Source: Macrostomum lignano
Lineage: Eukaryota
Reading direction: 5' to 3'
Assembly: GCA_002269645.1 (NCBI GenBank)
Contig: NIVC01002260.1
Location: 62,001 to 126,000, forward strand
DNA length: 64,000 nt
The position numbers and the translations under genes are program-made. Below, one piece after another: positions 51,601 to 62,607 of the stretch. The notes under the pieces are model-generated. The model had not been told where the DNA came from. It did no database searches and worked only from the letters and a program-made list of their open reading frames with translations. Position 1 is the first letter of the stretch. Each line of letters starts with the position of its first letter.

Positions 51601-54600
51601 AGACGTGGCAGCAAGAGACGACCTAGAAGAAGAAGACGTGCGACCCGAAGAAGTCAAAGAGCGAGAAGACGCGCCAACCGAAAGAGACGTGGCAGCAAGA
51701 GACGATCGAGGAGAAGCCGAAGACGTGCCACCCGAAGAAGTCGAAGAGCGAGAAGACGCGCCAACCGAAAGAGACGTGGCACCAAGAGACGATCGAGGAG
51801 AAGCCGAAGACGTGCCACCCGAAGAAGTCGAAGAGCGAGAAGACGCGCCAACCGAAAGAGACGTGGCAGCAAGAGACGATCTAGGAGAAGCCGAAGACGT
51901 GCCACCCGAAGAAGTCGAAGAGCGAGAAGACGCGCCAACCGAAAGAGACGTGGCAGCAAGAGACGATCGAGGAGAAGCCGAAGACGTGCCACCCGAAGAA
52001 GTCGAAGAGCGAGAAGACGCGCCAACCGAAAGAGACGTGGCAGCAAGAGGCGACCTAGAAGAAGAAGACGTGCGACCCGAAGAAGTCGAAGAGCGAGAAG
52101 ACGCGCCAACCGAAAGAGACGTGGCAGTAGGAGACGATCTAGAAGAAGCAGAAAACGTGCCACTCGAAGAAGTCGAAGAGCGAGAAGACGCGCCAACCGA
52201 AAGACACGTGGCAGCAAGAGACGATTAAGGAGAAGCCGAAGACGTGCCAACCGAAAGAGACGTGGCAGCAAGAGACGATCTAGGAGAAGCCGAAGACGTG
52301 CCACCCGAAGAAGTCGAAGAGCGAGAAGACGCGCCAACCGAAAGAGACGTGGCAGCAAGAGACGATCGAGGAGAAGCCGAAGACGTGCCACCCGAAGAAG
52401 TCGAAGAGCGAGAAGACGCGCCAACCGAAAGAGACGTGGCAGCAAGAGGCGACCTAGAAGAAGAAGACGTGCGACCCGAAGAAGTCGAAGAGCGAGAAGA
52501 CGTGCCAACCGAAAGAGACGTGGCAGCAAGAGACGATCGAGGAGAAGCCGAAGACGTGCCAACCGAAAGAGACGTGGCAGCAAGAGACGATCGAGGAGAA
52601 GCCGAAGACGTGCCAACCGAAAGAGACGTGGCAGCAAGAGACGATCGAGGAGAAGCCGAAGACGCGCCAACCGAAAGAGACGTGGCAGCAAGAGACGATC
52701 TAGAAGAAGCCGAAGACGTGCGAACCGAAAGAGACGTGGCAGCAAGAGACGATCTAGGAGAAGCCGAAGACGTGCCACCCGAAGAAGTCGAAGAGCGAGA
52801 AGACGCGCCAACCGAAAGAGACGTGGCAGCAAGAGACGATCGAGGAGAAGCCGAAGACGTGCCACCCGAAGAAGTCGAAGAGCGAGAAGACGCGCCAACC
52901 GAAAGAGACGTGGCAGCAAGAGGCGACCTAGAAGAAGAAGACGTGCGACCCGAAGAAGTCGAAGAGCGAGAAGACGCGCCAACCGAAAGAGACGTGGCAG
53001 TAGGAGACGATCTAGAAGAAGCAGAAAACGTGCCACTCGAAGAAGTCGAAGAGCGAGAAGACGCGCCAACCGAAAGACACGTGGCAGCAAGAGACGATTA
53101 AGGAGAAGCCGAAGACGTGCCAACCGAAAGAGACGTGGCAGCAAGAGACGATCTAGGAGAAGCCGAAGACGTGCCACCCGAAGAAGTCGAAGAGCGAGAA
53201 GACGCGCCAACCGAAAGAGACGTGGCAGCAAGAGACGATCGAGGAGAAGCCGAAGACGTGCCACCCGAAGAAGTCGAAGAGCGAGAAGACGCGCCAACCG
53301 AAAGAGACGTGGCAGCAAGAGGCGACCTAGAAGAAGAAGACGTGCGACCCGAAGAAGTCGAAGAGCGAGAAGACGCGCCAACCGAAAGAGACGTGGCACC
53401 AAGAGACGATCGAGGAGAAGCCGAAGACGTGCCACCCGAAGAAGTCGAAGAGCGAGAAGACGCGCCAACCGAAAGAGACGTGGCACCAAGAGACGATCGA
53501 GGAGAAGCCGAAGACGTGCCACCCGAAGAAGTCGAAGAGCGAGAAGACGCGCCAACCGAAAGAGACGTGGCAGCAAGAGACGATCTAGGAGAAGCCGAAG
53601 ACGTGCCACCCGAAGAAGTCGAAGAGCGAGAAGACGCGCCAACCGAAAGAGACGTGGCAGCAAGAGACGATCGAGGAGAAGCCGAAGACGTGCCACCCGA
53701 AGAAGTCGAAGAGCGAGAAGACGCGCCAACCGAAAGAGACGTGGCAGTAGGAGACGATCTAGAAGAAGCAGAAAACGTGCCACTCGAAGAAGTCGAAGAG
53801 CGAGAAGACGCGCCAACCGAAAGAGACGTGGCAGCAAGAGACGATTAAGGAGAAGCCGAAGACGTGCCAACCGAAAGAGACGTGGCAGCAAGAGACGATC
53901 GAGGAGAAGCCGAAGACGTGCCACCCGAAGAAGTCGAAGAGCGAGAAGACGCGCCAACCGAAAGAGACGTGGCAGCAAGAGACGATCTAGGAGAAGCCGA
54001 AGACGTGCCACCCGAAGAAGTCGAAGAGCGAGAAGACGCGCCAACCGAAAGAGACGTGGCAGCAAGAGACGATCGAGGAGAAGCCGAAGACGTGCCACCC
54101 GAAGAAGTCGAAGAGCGAGAAGACGCGCCAACCGAAAGAGACGTGGCAGCAAGAGGCGACCTAGAAGAAGAAGACGTGCGACCCGAAGAAGTCGAAGAGC
54201 GAGAAGACGCGCCAACCGAAAGAGACGTGGCAGTAGGAGACGATCTAGAAGAAGCAGAAAACGTGCCACTCGAAGAAGTCGAAGAGCGAGAAGACGCGCC
54301 AACCGAAAGAGACGTGGCAGCAAGAGACGATTAAGGAGAAGCCGAAGACGTGCCAACCGAAAGAGACGTGGCAGCAAGAGACGATCTAGGAGAAGCCGAA
54401 GACGTGCCACCCGAAGAAGTCGAAGAGCGAGAAGACGCGCCAACCGAAAGAGACGTGGCAGCAAGAGACGATCGAGGAGAAGCCGAAGACGTGCCACCCG
54501 AAGAAGTCGAAGAGCGAGAAGACGCGCCAACCGAAAGAGACGTGGCAGCAAGAGACGATCTAGGAGAAGCCGAAGACGTGCCAACCGAAAGAGACGTGGC

Positions 54601-57600
54601 AGCAAGAGACGATCGAGGAGAAGCCGAAGACGTGCCACCCGAAGAAGTCGAAGAGCGAGAAGACGCGCCAACCGAAAGAGACGTGGCAGCAAGAGGCGAC
54701 CTAGAAGAAGAAGACGTGCGACCCGAAGAAGTCAAAGAGCGAGAAGACGCGCCAACCGAAAGAGACGTGGCAGCAAGAGACGATCGAGGAGAAGCCGAAG
54801 ACGTGCCACCCGAAGAAGTCGAAGAGCGAGAAGACGCGCCAACCGAAAGAGACGTGGCAGCAAGAGGCGACCTAGAAGAAGAAGACGTGCGACCCGAAGA
54901 AGTCGAAGAGCGAGAAGACGCGCCAACCGAAAGAGACGTGGCAGCAAGAGACGATCTAGGAGAAGCCGAAGACGTGCCAACCGAAAGAGACGTGGCAGCA
55001 AGAGACGATCTAGGAGAAGCCGAAGACGTGCCACCCGAAGAAGTCGAAGAGCGAGAAGACGCGCCAACCGAAAGAGACGTGGCAGCAAGAGACGATCTAG
55101 GAGAAGCCGAAGACGTGCCACCCGAAGAAGTCGAAGAGCGAGAAGACGCGCCAACCGAAAGAGACGTGGCAGCAAGAGACGATCGAGGAGAAGCCGAAGA
55201 CGTGCCACCCGAAGAAGTCGAAGAGCGAGAAGACGCGCCAACCGAAAGAGACGTGGCAGCAAGAGGCGACCTAGAAGAAGAAGACGTGCGACCCGAAGAA
55301 GTCGAAGAGCGAGAAGACGCGCCAACCGAAAGAGACGTGGCAGCAAGAGACGATCTAGGAGAAGCCGAAGACGTGCCACCCGAAGAAGTCGAAGAGCGAG
55401 AAGACGCGCCAACCGAAAGAGACGTGGCAGCAAGAGACGATTAAGGAGAAGCCGAAGACGTGCCAACCGAAAGAGACGTGGCAGCAAGAGACGATCTAGG
55501 AGAAGCCGAAGACGTGCCACCCGAAGAAGTCGAAGAGCGAGAAGACGCGCCAACCGAAAGAGAAGTGGCAGCAAGAGGCGACCTAGAAGAAGAAGACGTG
55601 CGACCCGAAGAAGTCAAAGAGCGAGAAGACGCGCCAACCGAAAGAGACGTGGCAGCAAGAGACGATCGAGGAGAAGCCGAAGACGTGCCACCCGAAGAAG
55701 TCGAAGAGCGAGAAGACGCGCCAACCGAAAGAGACGTGGCAGCAAGAGGCGACCTAGAAGAAAAAGACGTGCGACCCGAAGAAGTCGAAGAGCGAGAAGA
55801 CGCGCCAACCGAAAGAGACGTGGCAGCAAGAGACGACCTAGAAGAAGAAGACGTGCGACCCGAAGAAGTCGAAGAGCGAGAAGACGCGCCAACCGAAAGA
55901 GACGTGGCAGCAAGAGACGATCTAGGAGAAGCCGAAGACGTGCCAACCGAAAGAGACGTGGCAGCAAGAGACGATCGAGGAGAAGCCGAGGACGCGCCAA
56001 CCGAAAGAGACGTGGCAGCAAGAGACGATCTAGGAGAAGCCGAAGACGTGCCACCCGAAGAAGTCGAAGAGCGAGAAGACGCGCCAACCGAAGAAGACGC
56101 TCAGCGAGAAGACGTGCCAACCGAAGAAGACGCTCAGCGAGACGTGCCAACAAAAGAAGACGCTCAATGAGAAGACGCGCCAATCGTAGAAAACCTGGCA
56201 GTAAGAGACGATCTAGAAAAAGCAGAAGACGTGCCAACCGACGAAGGCGTAGAGTGAGAAGACGTGCCAACCGAAGGAGACGTGGCGGTAAGAGACGATC
56301 TAGAAGAAGCAGAAGGCGCGCCAACAGAAGAAGACGCTGGTTGAGAAGACGTGCTGACAGAAGGCGAAAACGCATTTACAGACATAAGAGACGGATTTCT
56401 AGGAGAAAAGGTAAATATTTAATTTGAATTCTGTTGTCTTTTACTTAGGAACTTATTGGTGATCCCGTAAAAAACTTTTGCAGCACAAAGAAGGAAACGT
56501 AGATCCTTAACCAAATGTGGCAAATTCCGTTGCGGCCGAGGTACATCGTGCTTCCGTAGGTATCGCTATTCGTCTCGGGTTAGAGCAGCCGCCACCAGGG
56601 CTTTTAGAAGCCGATCAGCTAGCGCACTGAAGCAGTTCAAAGCCAAGAAGGCAAAGGCAAATGCAAAATTTAGTGCGTACTTGAGAAGGCGAGTTGCTTC
56701 CTACACAGGTAAGTTTCATTTACCTTTCATAAATTTATTTCCTTATTCAATATTTACTTTAATTGAAAAAATCTCAACACTCATGCTTCCAACATGGAAA
56801 TCGACATGCAAATTAAATTAAAACAGTATTTGATTTTTAGGTAGAAGCAACAGACAGGCTTGTGAGCACTCTTCAATCTCTATCAGATGTCCCAAAGGAT
56901 ACAAAATTGACATTCTGTCCGGATTCTACGGCCGCACCAACAAGACTGTCTGCCGTAATAAGGCGATGAAGTCGACGCGCTGCTCAGCAGCATCGGCAAC
57001 CCCGAGAGTGAAGAAGGCATGCCAGGGTAGGCGATCCTGCCGGGTCAGCAGCAGCAACTCCGTCTTTGGAGACCCCTGCGTTGGTACATACAAGTATCTG
57101 AAGATTTCCTACAGGTGCAAGACGTACAAACCCACCCGAAAGTTGCTGAAGGAGCGAGCTGTCAGACGGCGCCGTCACCTTGCAGTTCTGGCCCGTTTGG
57201 CTAAGCGATATGCTCAGCGACAGGCCCGAATCAAGAGAGCGTTCATCAGATACCATTCAACAGTTGGTCGATGCGCTTTCGCCAGAGCCAGTTCAGGTAT
57301 CTCTCTTCATTTTAAATTAAAACCAATTTTTTCCGATTAGAGTTGCTGGACTTGATGCATCAGTGATTTTCACCACATGAATATTTCAGCCATCTGCAAA
57401 CGAATCAGCTGCGGAAGAAGACGCCGCTGTGTGCTAAGAAGAAAGCGCTTTATCGGCAAGGTGGCTTATCGCCCAGCCTGCGTCCGAAGACCGCGCCGTA
57501 AGTGATTGAATCATTTAGTATGTACTGCTTATAAAGTACAGCAGAACTCACTTTAGTCCGTCCCCATGCAACTCAACACCAGGACGGTGCGGCAAGGCGG

Positions 57601-60600
57601 TTTGCAAGCGAGGCCAGCGATGCGTCATTCGCACAGTCAAGCGTCGAGTTGGTTCCGTCTTTAGAAGTGTGCGAATTGCCAGCTGTAGAAAAATTAAGTG
57701 TAAGTGCGAGCTAGTCTTAAAATATTTTAACAGGTAGTCGTAATATCTGTTGTTGTATGAATTTTTTCTGGTGTTCTTTGTAACATTTTTTTTAAATTCG
57801 CATAACATGTTATCCATGATCATACACATTTGTTAATAATATTCCCACCTATTGCAGCTCCATGCGAAGTCGTTCGCTGTAGCCGCAGCAGGCGCTGTGT
57901 AGCTCGATTCCGCTTCTCCAAGTCCATCAGACTGAGGGCTTCCAGGCGGTACGGTCGCCTAGTTGCCAAGGCTAGGGCCAACTACAATAAGCGCAAGGCT
58001 GCGTCCATCAAGCGCATCAACTCCTACCTGCGCAATTTTGCCAGAAAAACGCCGAGATACAAAAGTAAGTGAATATTTTGTACAGCAGACATCTTTTTGA
58101 TTTTATGTATACTTGCCATTCTTCAATACTAGTCCATATTTCTGTGCCTGTCTTTACTTTAACTTCTGTACGAGTATCTTGATGCCTAGCAGCATTGCAA
58201 GAAAGTTAATATTTCGCCTGATACCAGATGCCAGCCCGAAACTTTCCTGTGAGCACGGATCGTCGAGCCTCAGCTGTACATCTGGCTCCACCATCGATGT
58301 GCTTTCCGCATTCTACGGCCGCACCTCCGGCAGCGTGTGCAAGAGAGGCCCCATCAAAACTACCAAATGCCGGTCGGGCAGCGCCAACAGTGCGGTCAGG
58401 CGCATTTGCCAGGGCAAATCCTCTTGCTCAGTTCGGGCCAGCAACTCCGTATTCGGCGATCCTTGCGTTGGAACATTCAAGTACATGCGAATCAACTACC
58501 GATGCAAGTCCACCACCCCGACTGCAGCTGAAAGGAGAAAGAGACAAAAGAGGATCCAAAAGCACAGAAGCTACCTGGCGAAGCTGGGCAGCATGTACAG
58601 GCGTACCAGAGCATATCTGCAGCGCAAGCTGAAGCGAGCTACCGGCCTGAAAGCTCGATGTGTCAGGCGTAGACGAAGTGAGACGCTCTTTAAGCTAGAA
58701 ATTTTAGCATACCGGATTTCTTTTATCACAAGCAAAACCGACACCTTCCACTCGCACAGGTGTTTGCCACAAACGACGATGCCGCAGAGGACGCGTCTGT
58801 GTTGCTCGCAGAGTTTCTCGCCGACGAGTTGTTGCCCGTTGCGTGAGGCCCCGGGGTACGTTTTGTATCATATTGTGTATCATTCAAGTTATAAAAAGAA
58901 ATCAGGAAAATAGCTTTCAATTAACTCTGCTCATTCCAGCTCTATGCTCAAGAAAACGATGCGCGAGAGGCTCCCGCTGCGTTGTTCGTCGCACCATCTC
59001 AAAGGCTTTACGCAAATTCCGCTCGGTTAGGCGCAAGATGTACCGCCACTATCGTGCCAGAAGAAGCGCCCTGAAAGCTAGCTACAGAAGAAGCAGGCGC
59101 AATGCCCGAGCGGCTTTCAAGCTGGCTGCCAAGGCCAGCAGGAAAGCAATTGCTAGAGCAATTAGGGCAAAGAATGCCAAGAAAGCAAAGAGCCTGAAGA
59201 AGGCGTGGAGCCGTCGCAGAGGTTTGCTAAAAGCAAGACTTCGCAGGCAGAGAAGAAAATACAAGAAAGCTAGTCACCGCCTCAGACTGAGCTTCAGAAA
59301 GAGCTCTTCGCGTCTGTCTCGTCGTTACAAAAAGCTCAGATTTGTCAAGTATTCGGCTAGGTGTACCGTCAATCGATGCTACCGAGTCAGGTGCAAGTCA
59401 GGCTTCTCCTGCAGAAATGTTAGGCGATTCTCTAAGAAATTTGCTGCTTACATCCAGCAGAGACGCGTCTTGTCGAAGTCCTACCGCGCAGTCCGCCGAA
59501 GACTGCTCCGATCGCTGTATGCCAAGGCCCGCAAGGCCACAAAGCTTTTCCGAAAGCATCTGGCCAGACACCGCTCCGGCATTAGACGCGCGAAGACCGC
59601 ATCCGCTAGAAGATCACTTAGATCGGCTCTACGACGCAAGGTGAGACGTCTCCGACGTGCTAGACGTGCTGCTCATCTGAAGTACCGACGTGCCGTGAAG
59701 CTTGCTAGAAGAAACTACCAGCTGAGGCGCAAGGCGCTGCGTAGAAAGCATGCAAATAAATCGGCTTTCAAGAACCGAGTCAGGACTGTAGCTCGTTGCA
59801 TCCGCAGAGTGAGAAGTAAGCTGCTTTGTTGACTGAAAATCATACATTTTTAAACAAGAGCAGTAACAGACCTCTCATTCGCAATTTCTGACTTTGCTTT
59901 CAGGATCTTGCAAGAATGTCAAGTGTTCAGCCGGCAAGCGTTGCGTCTCGACTGTTGTTTCTCGCAGATGGTTCAGGCGGTACAGGCGAAGTCTGAAGAG
60001 AGGCAACAGACGAAAACGCTCTCGTCTAGTGCGGTCTATTCGGAAGCTTCGTTATCTCCGCAGGCAGTACAGAAGACGTTTGAACCGTCGTAGGAGGCGT
60101 GCCATCAAATCATTTAGACGCTGGTTTGGACGCGCCGTTAGGCGTCTTGGCGGAAAGAGGCGTTACAGAAGGAGGGCTGGAAGACGCAGTCGCAAATCCG
60201 GGTCCCGTTCTGCTCGACGAAACAGAGGAGCTGGATCGTTCCTCTGGGGCAGGTACAGACGTGCCGCTCGCCGGTACCGAAGAAAGTTTAGGAAGACCAT
60301 TCGAAGGGTTTCTAAGCGCAGACTGAAGAAATACGCTAAATCGAAGAAGCGTGCCCGAAAGTCAGTTTTCAGAAGGTTCAAAAGAAATGCGCGAAAGTTT
60401 GCACGTCGCGTTCGTTTCCTGAAGAGACGAGTCGCGAAGCAGTTCCGACAGCTAAAGTCGGCCTACAAGAGAGGTAAGAAAGCAACAGCTGCCGACTGGA
60501 AGAAGCTGAAGAAGAAGATCTTGAGAAGATACAAAAAGATCAAAAAAGCCTACAGAAAGATGTTGAAGCGAGCAGTTGTTTCCTACTACAAACGGAGGGT

Positions 60601-62521
60601 TAATGTCGTGAGATCATTGAAGAAACGGCTAAGAAAGTTCAAGCGGAGACCAAGAAGCTTCAGAAGACGCTACACACGCCGAGCCATCTGCGTTGCAGTA
60701 AATCCATGCCGGAGAAAGCGTTGTAGTCGAGGGTTTATCTGCCGGGTGCGAAAGATCAAAGCAAAAAGTGGCCGAACCAGATCTGTCGCTCGATGCGAGA
60801 AGAAAGCCAGTAAGTACTCGTACTTTTTAATAACTTTAAATTTTCTGTCAAAAGTCATGGATTTTTTGCAACTTTCTCAGTCTATATACAGACCTACAAA
60901 GAGTAAAGCATCAAATTTCAGACAAGTGCAGCAAGGTGAACTGTTCCAAGGGCAAGCGATGCATCGTCAGGCGGGTGTCGACTCGTACTTTCAAAGGTTT
61001 CCGCTGGTTTGCCAGGGCAAACCGTAGACGCTTCAGGCGCAAGGCTCGACGACTTTTCAAACGTCTCCGCAACAAGAGGCGAAGATTCGCGAGGCGAGTC
61101 GTAAAGAAGTACAAAAAGGTGCGCAAGTCTCTCAGGAAGCGTCTCCGCGGTCGGAAGCTCGCTAGGCGTGTCAAAGCCGTAAAACGCTCTGTGAGGCGAA
61201 AACTGCGAAGATTCCGAAACCGATCGCGGAGGTCTTTCCGTCGACGGAGAGCCGCGCTGAAACGGCGATTTAGAAGCGCTGTGAGGCGTTTCTCCGCACG
61301 ATACTTGAGCTACCGGAGGCGCTACAAGACCCGTGCAATTTGTGTCAAGAGGCTAAAAAGTGAGTTGAAAGCATTATATTTGATTAGATAGGATTTTTAT
61401 TTTAATGTTTGCTGAAATTGCAGCAAGTATATCTAGATACGATATGTAATACGATCGATGATACACATGATAAAGTGCTTCCAAATAAACGACATGTTTG
61501 TTGTAAATATTTCAGTAATATTTTTATTACTATTGTATTCATTTCAGACCCTTGCAGCAAGAAACGCTGTCGAAAAGGCACAAGGTGCGTTGTTAGAAGA
61601 AAGCAGTCCAGGCTTCAGAAGAAATTCATCAGAATCGCAAAACGCCAAATCAAGAAGTTCGTATCAGTCCGGCGTCGGTTGAGTAAGCTGCGTCGTCGCA
61701 AGCGCAAAGTCGCCGTTCGCAAACTGACTCGCAAACTCAAACGGAAGCTGAGAAAGCTGCACAGACTATACAGAAGACGCGGCGCTTTCCAACGAAGCCG
61801 AAAGCTCGTGGCTCGCTGCTCAAGCGTGAGGAGAAGAACCCGTCGCATTTCCTGGAGAAGGAGAGTCTATCGCTTTTCAAGGAGGGTTCGTCGACGCGTC
61901 TCAAAGAGAGCCCGCCGTGTATCTCGGAATGTTCGACGTTTTTGGGGTAAATCTCGTCGCTTTTCTAGGAGAGTTCGTCGACGCGTCTCAGGGAGAGTTC
62001 GTCGACGCGTCTCAGGGAGAGTTCGTCGTGCCTCAAAGAAAGTCCGTCGCTTCTGGGGTAAAGCTCGTCGCTTTTCAAGGAGAGTTCGTCGACGCGTCTC
62101 AAGGAGAGCTCGCCGTGTATCTCGGAAGGTTCGACGTTTTTGGGGTAAATCTCGTCGCTTTTCAAGGAGAGTTCGTCGACGCGTCTCAGGGAGAGTTCGT
62201 CGTGCCTCAAAGAAAGTCCGTCGCTTCTGGGGTAAATCTCGTCGCTTTTCAAGGAGACTTCGTCGACGCGTCTCAAGGAGAGCTCGCCGTGTATCTCGGA
62301 AGGTTCGACGTTTTTGGGGTAAATCTCGTCGCTTTTCAAGGAGACTTCGTCGACGCGTCTCAAGGAGAGTTCGTCGCCGCGTCTCAAGGAGAGTTCGTCG
62401 ACGCGTCTCAAGGAGAGTTCGTCGACGCGTCTCAAGGAGAGTTCGTCGCCGCGTCTCAAGGAGAGTTCGTCGGCGCGTCTCAAGAAGGTCAAGAAAGAGC
62501 GGCAGATCCAGGAGGCGATGA
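48636..62521 (+). CDS. Giant secreted hyper-Arg/Lys-rich protein (~4085 aa) with follistatin-N-like Cys modules and two SUEL lectin domains
   Basis: 16 coding exons: 48636-48721, 48832-48956, 49050-49424, 49517-49873, 49949-56410, 56484-56708, 56841-57296, 57390-57497, 57583-57699, 57858-58064, 58228-58677, 58760-58855, 58940-59815, 59904-60809, 60922-61359, 61548-62521. All introns GT-AG with phases closing, 12258 nt. Signal peptide MRLTVLLLLSVVVLLALTSDVSDA; stop TGA 62519-21. Confidence 0.85.
50350..56270 (+). repeat. Coding tandem repeat: 54/84/87-bp units (18/28/29 aa; RRANRKRRGSKRRSRRSR[RRATRRSRRAR])
   Basis: ~5.9 kb with no frameshift or stop in the Arg frame; all unit lengths are multiples of 3. 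Confidence 0.95.
56861..57118 (+). other. SUEL-type (Gal_Lectin/rhamnose-binding) lectin domain 1 of the Arg-rich protein
   Basis: CEHSSISIRCPKGYKIDILSGFYGRTNKTVC...C...ACQGRRSCRVSSSNSVFGDPCVGTYKYLKISYRC: 8 Cys, YGR and FGDPCxGTxKYL signatures. Confidence 0.92.
58248..58505 (+). other. SUEL-type lectin domain 2 of the Arg-rich protein
   Basis: CEHGSSSLSCTSGSTIDVLSAFYGRTSGSVC...C...ICQGKSSCSVRASNSVFGDPCVGTFKYMRINYRC. Confidence 0.92.
61860..62490 (+). repeat. C-terminal coding repeat: 29-aa RRVRRRVSRRARRVSRKVRRFWGKSRRFS units and 8-aa RRVRRRVS units
   Basis: Visible in last exon, in frame. Confidence 0.9.
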
Positions 62522-62601
62522 TCAGCTTCCTCGTTGATAGACTAAGTGTGGTGATAGAATTTCCTCTCTCCCTCAAATGACGAGGATTATGGGCTTTGGA
62601 A

Positions 62602-62607
62602 AATAAA
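62602..62607 (+). terminator. Polyadenylation signal AATAAA of the Arg-rich gene
   Basis: First AATAAA ~80 nt after the stop codon. Confidence 0.55.

Noticed and set aside
50214-56375. Long minus-strand Leu/Arg ORFs (466, 1012, 280, 253 aa)
   Set aside because: Antisense shadow of the Arg repeat; only the + Arg frame connects to the signal peptide, Cys modules and splice phases
56441-56460. Alternative acceptor at 56448 after the giant exon
   Set aside because: Gives GTYW* immediately; the 56483 acceptor keeps the frame into the next Cys module
48636-62521. Identity with the known Macrostomum adhesive protein ap1 or with a protamine/histone H1
   Set aside because: As recalled, ap1 has C-type lectin, VWD and EGF domains, none seen here. 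A signal peptide and SUEL domains argue against a nuclear protamine. No gene symbol assigned
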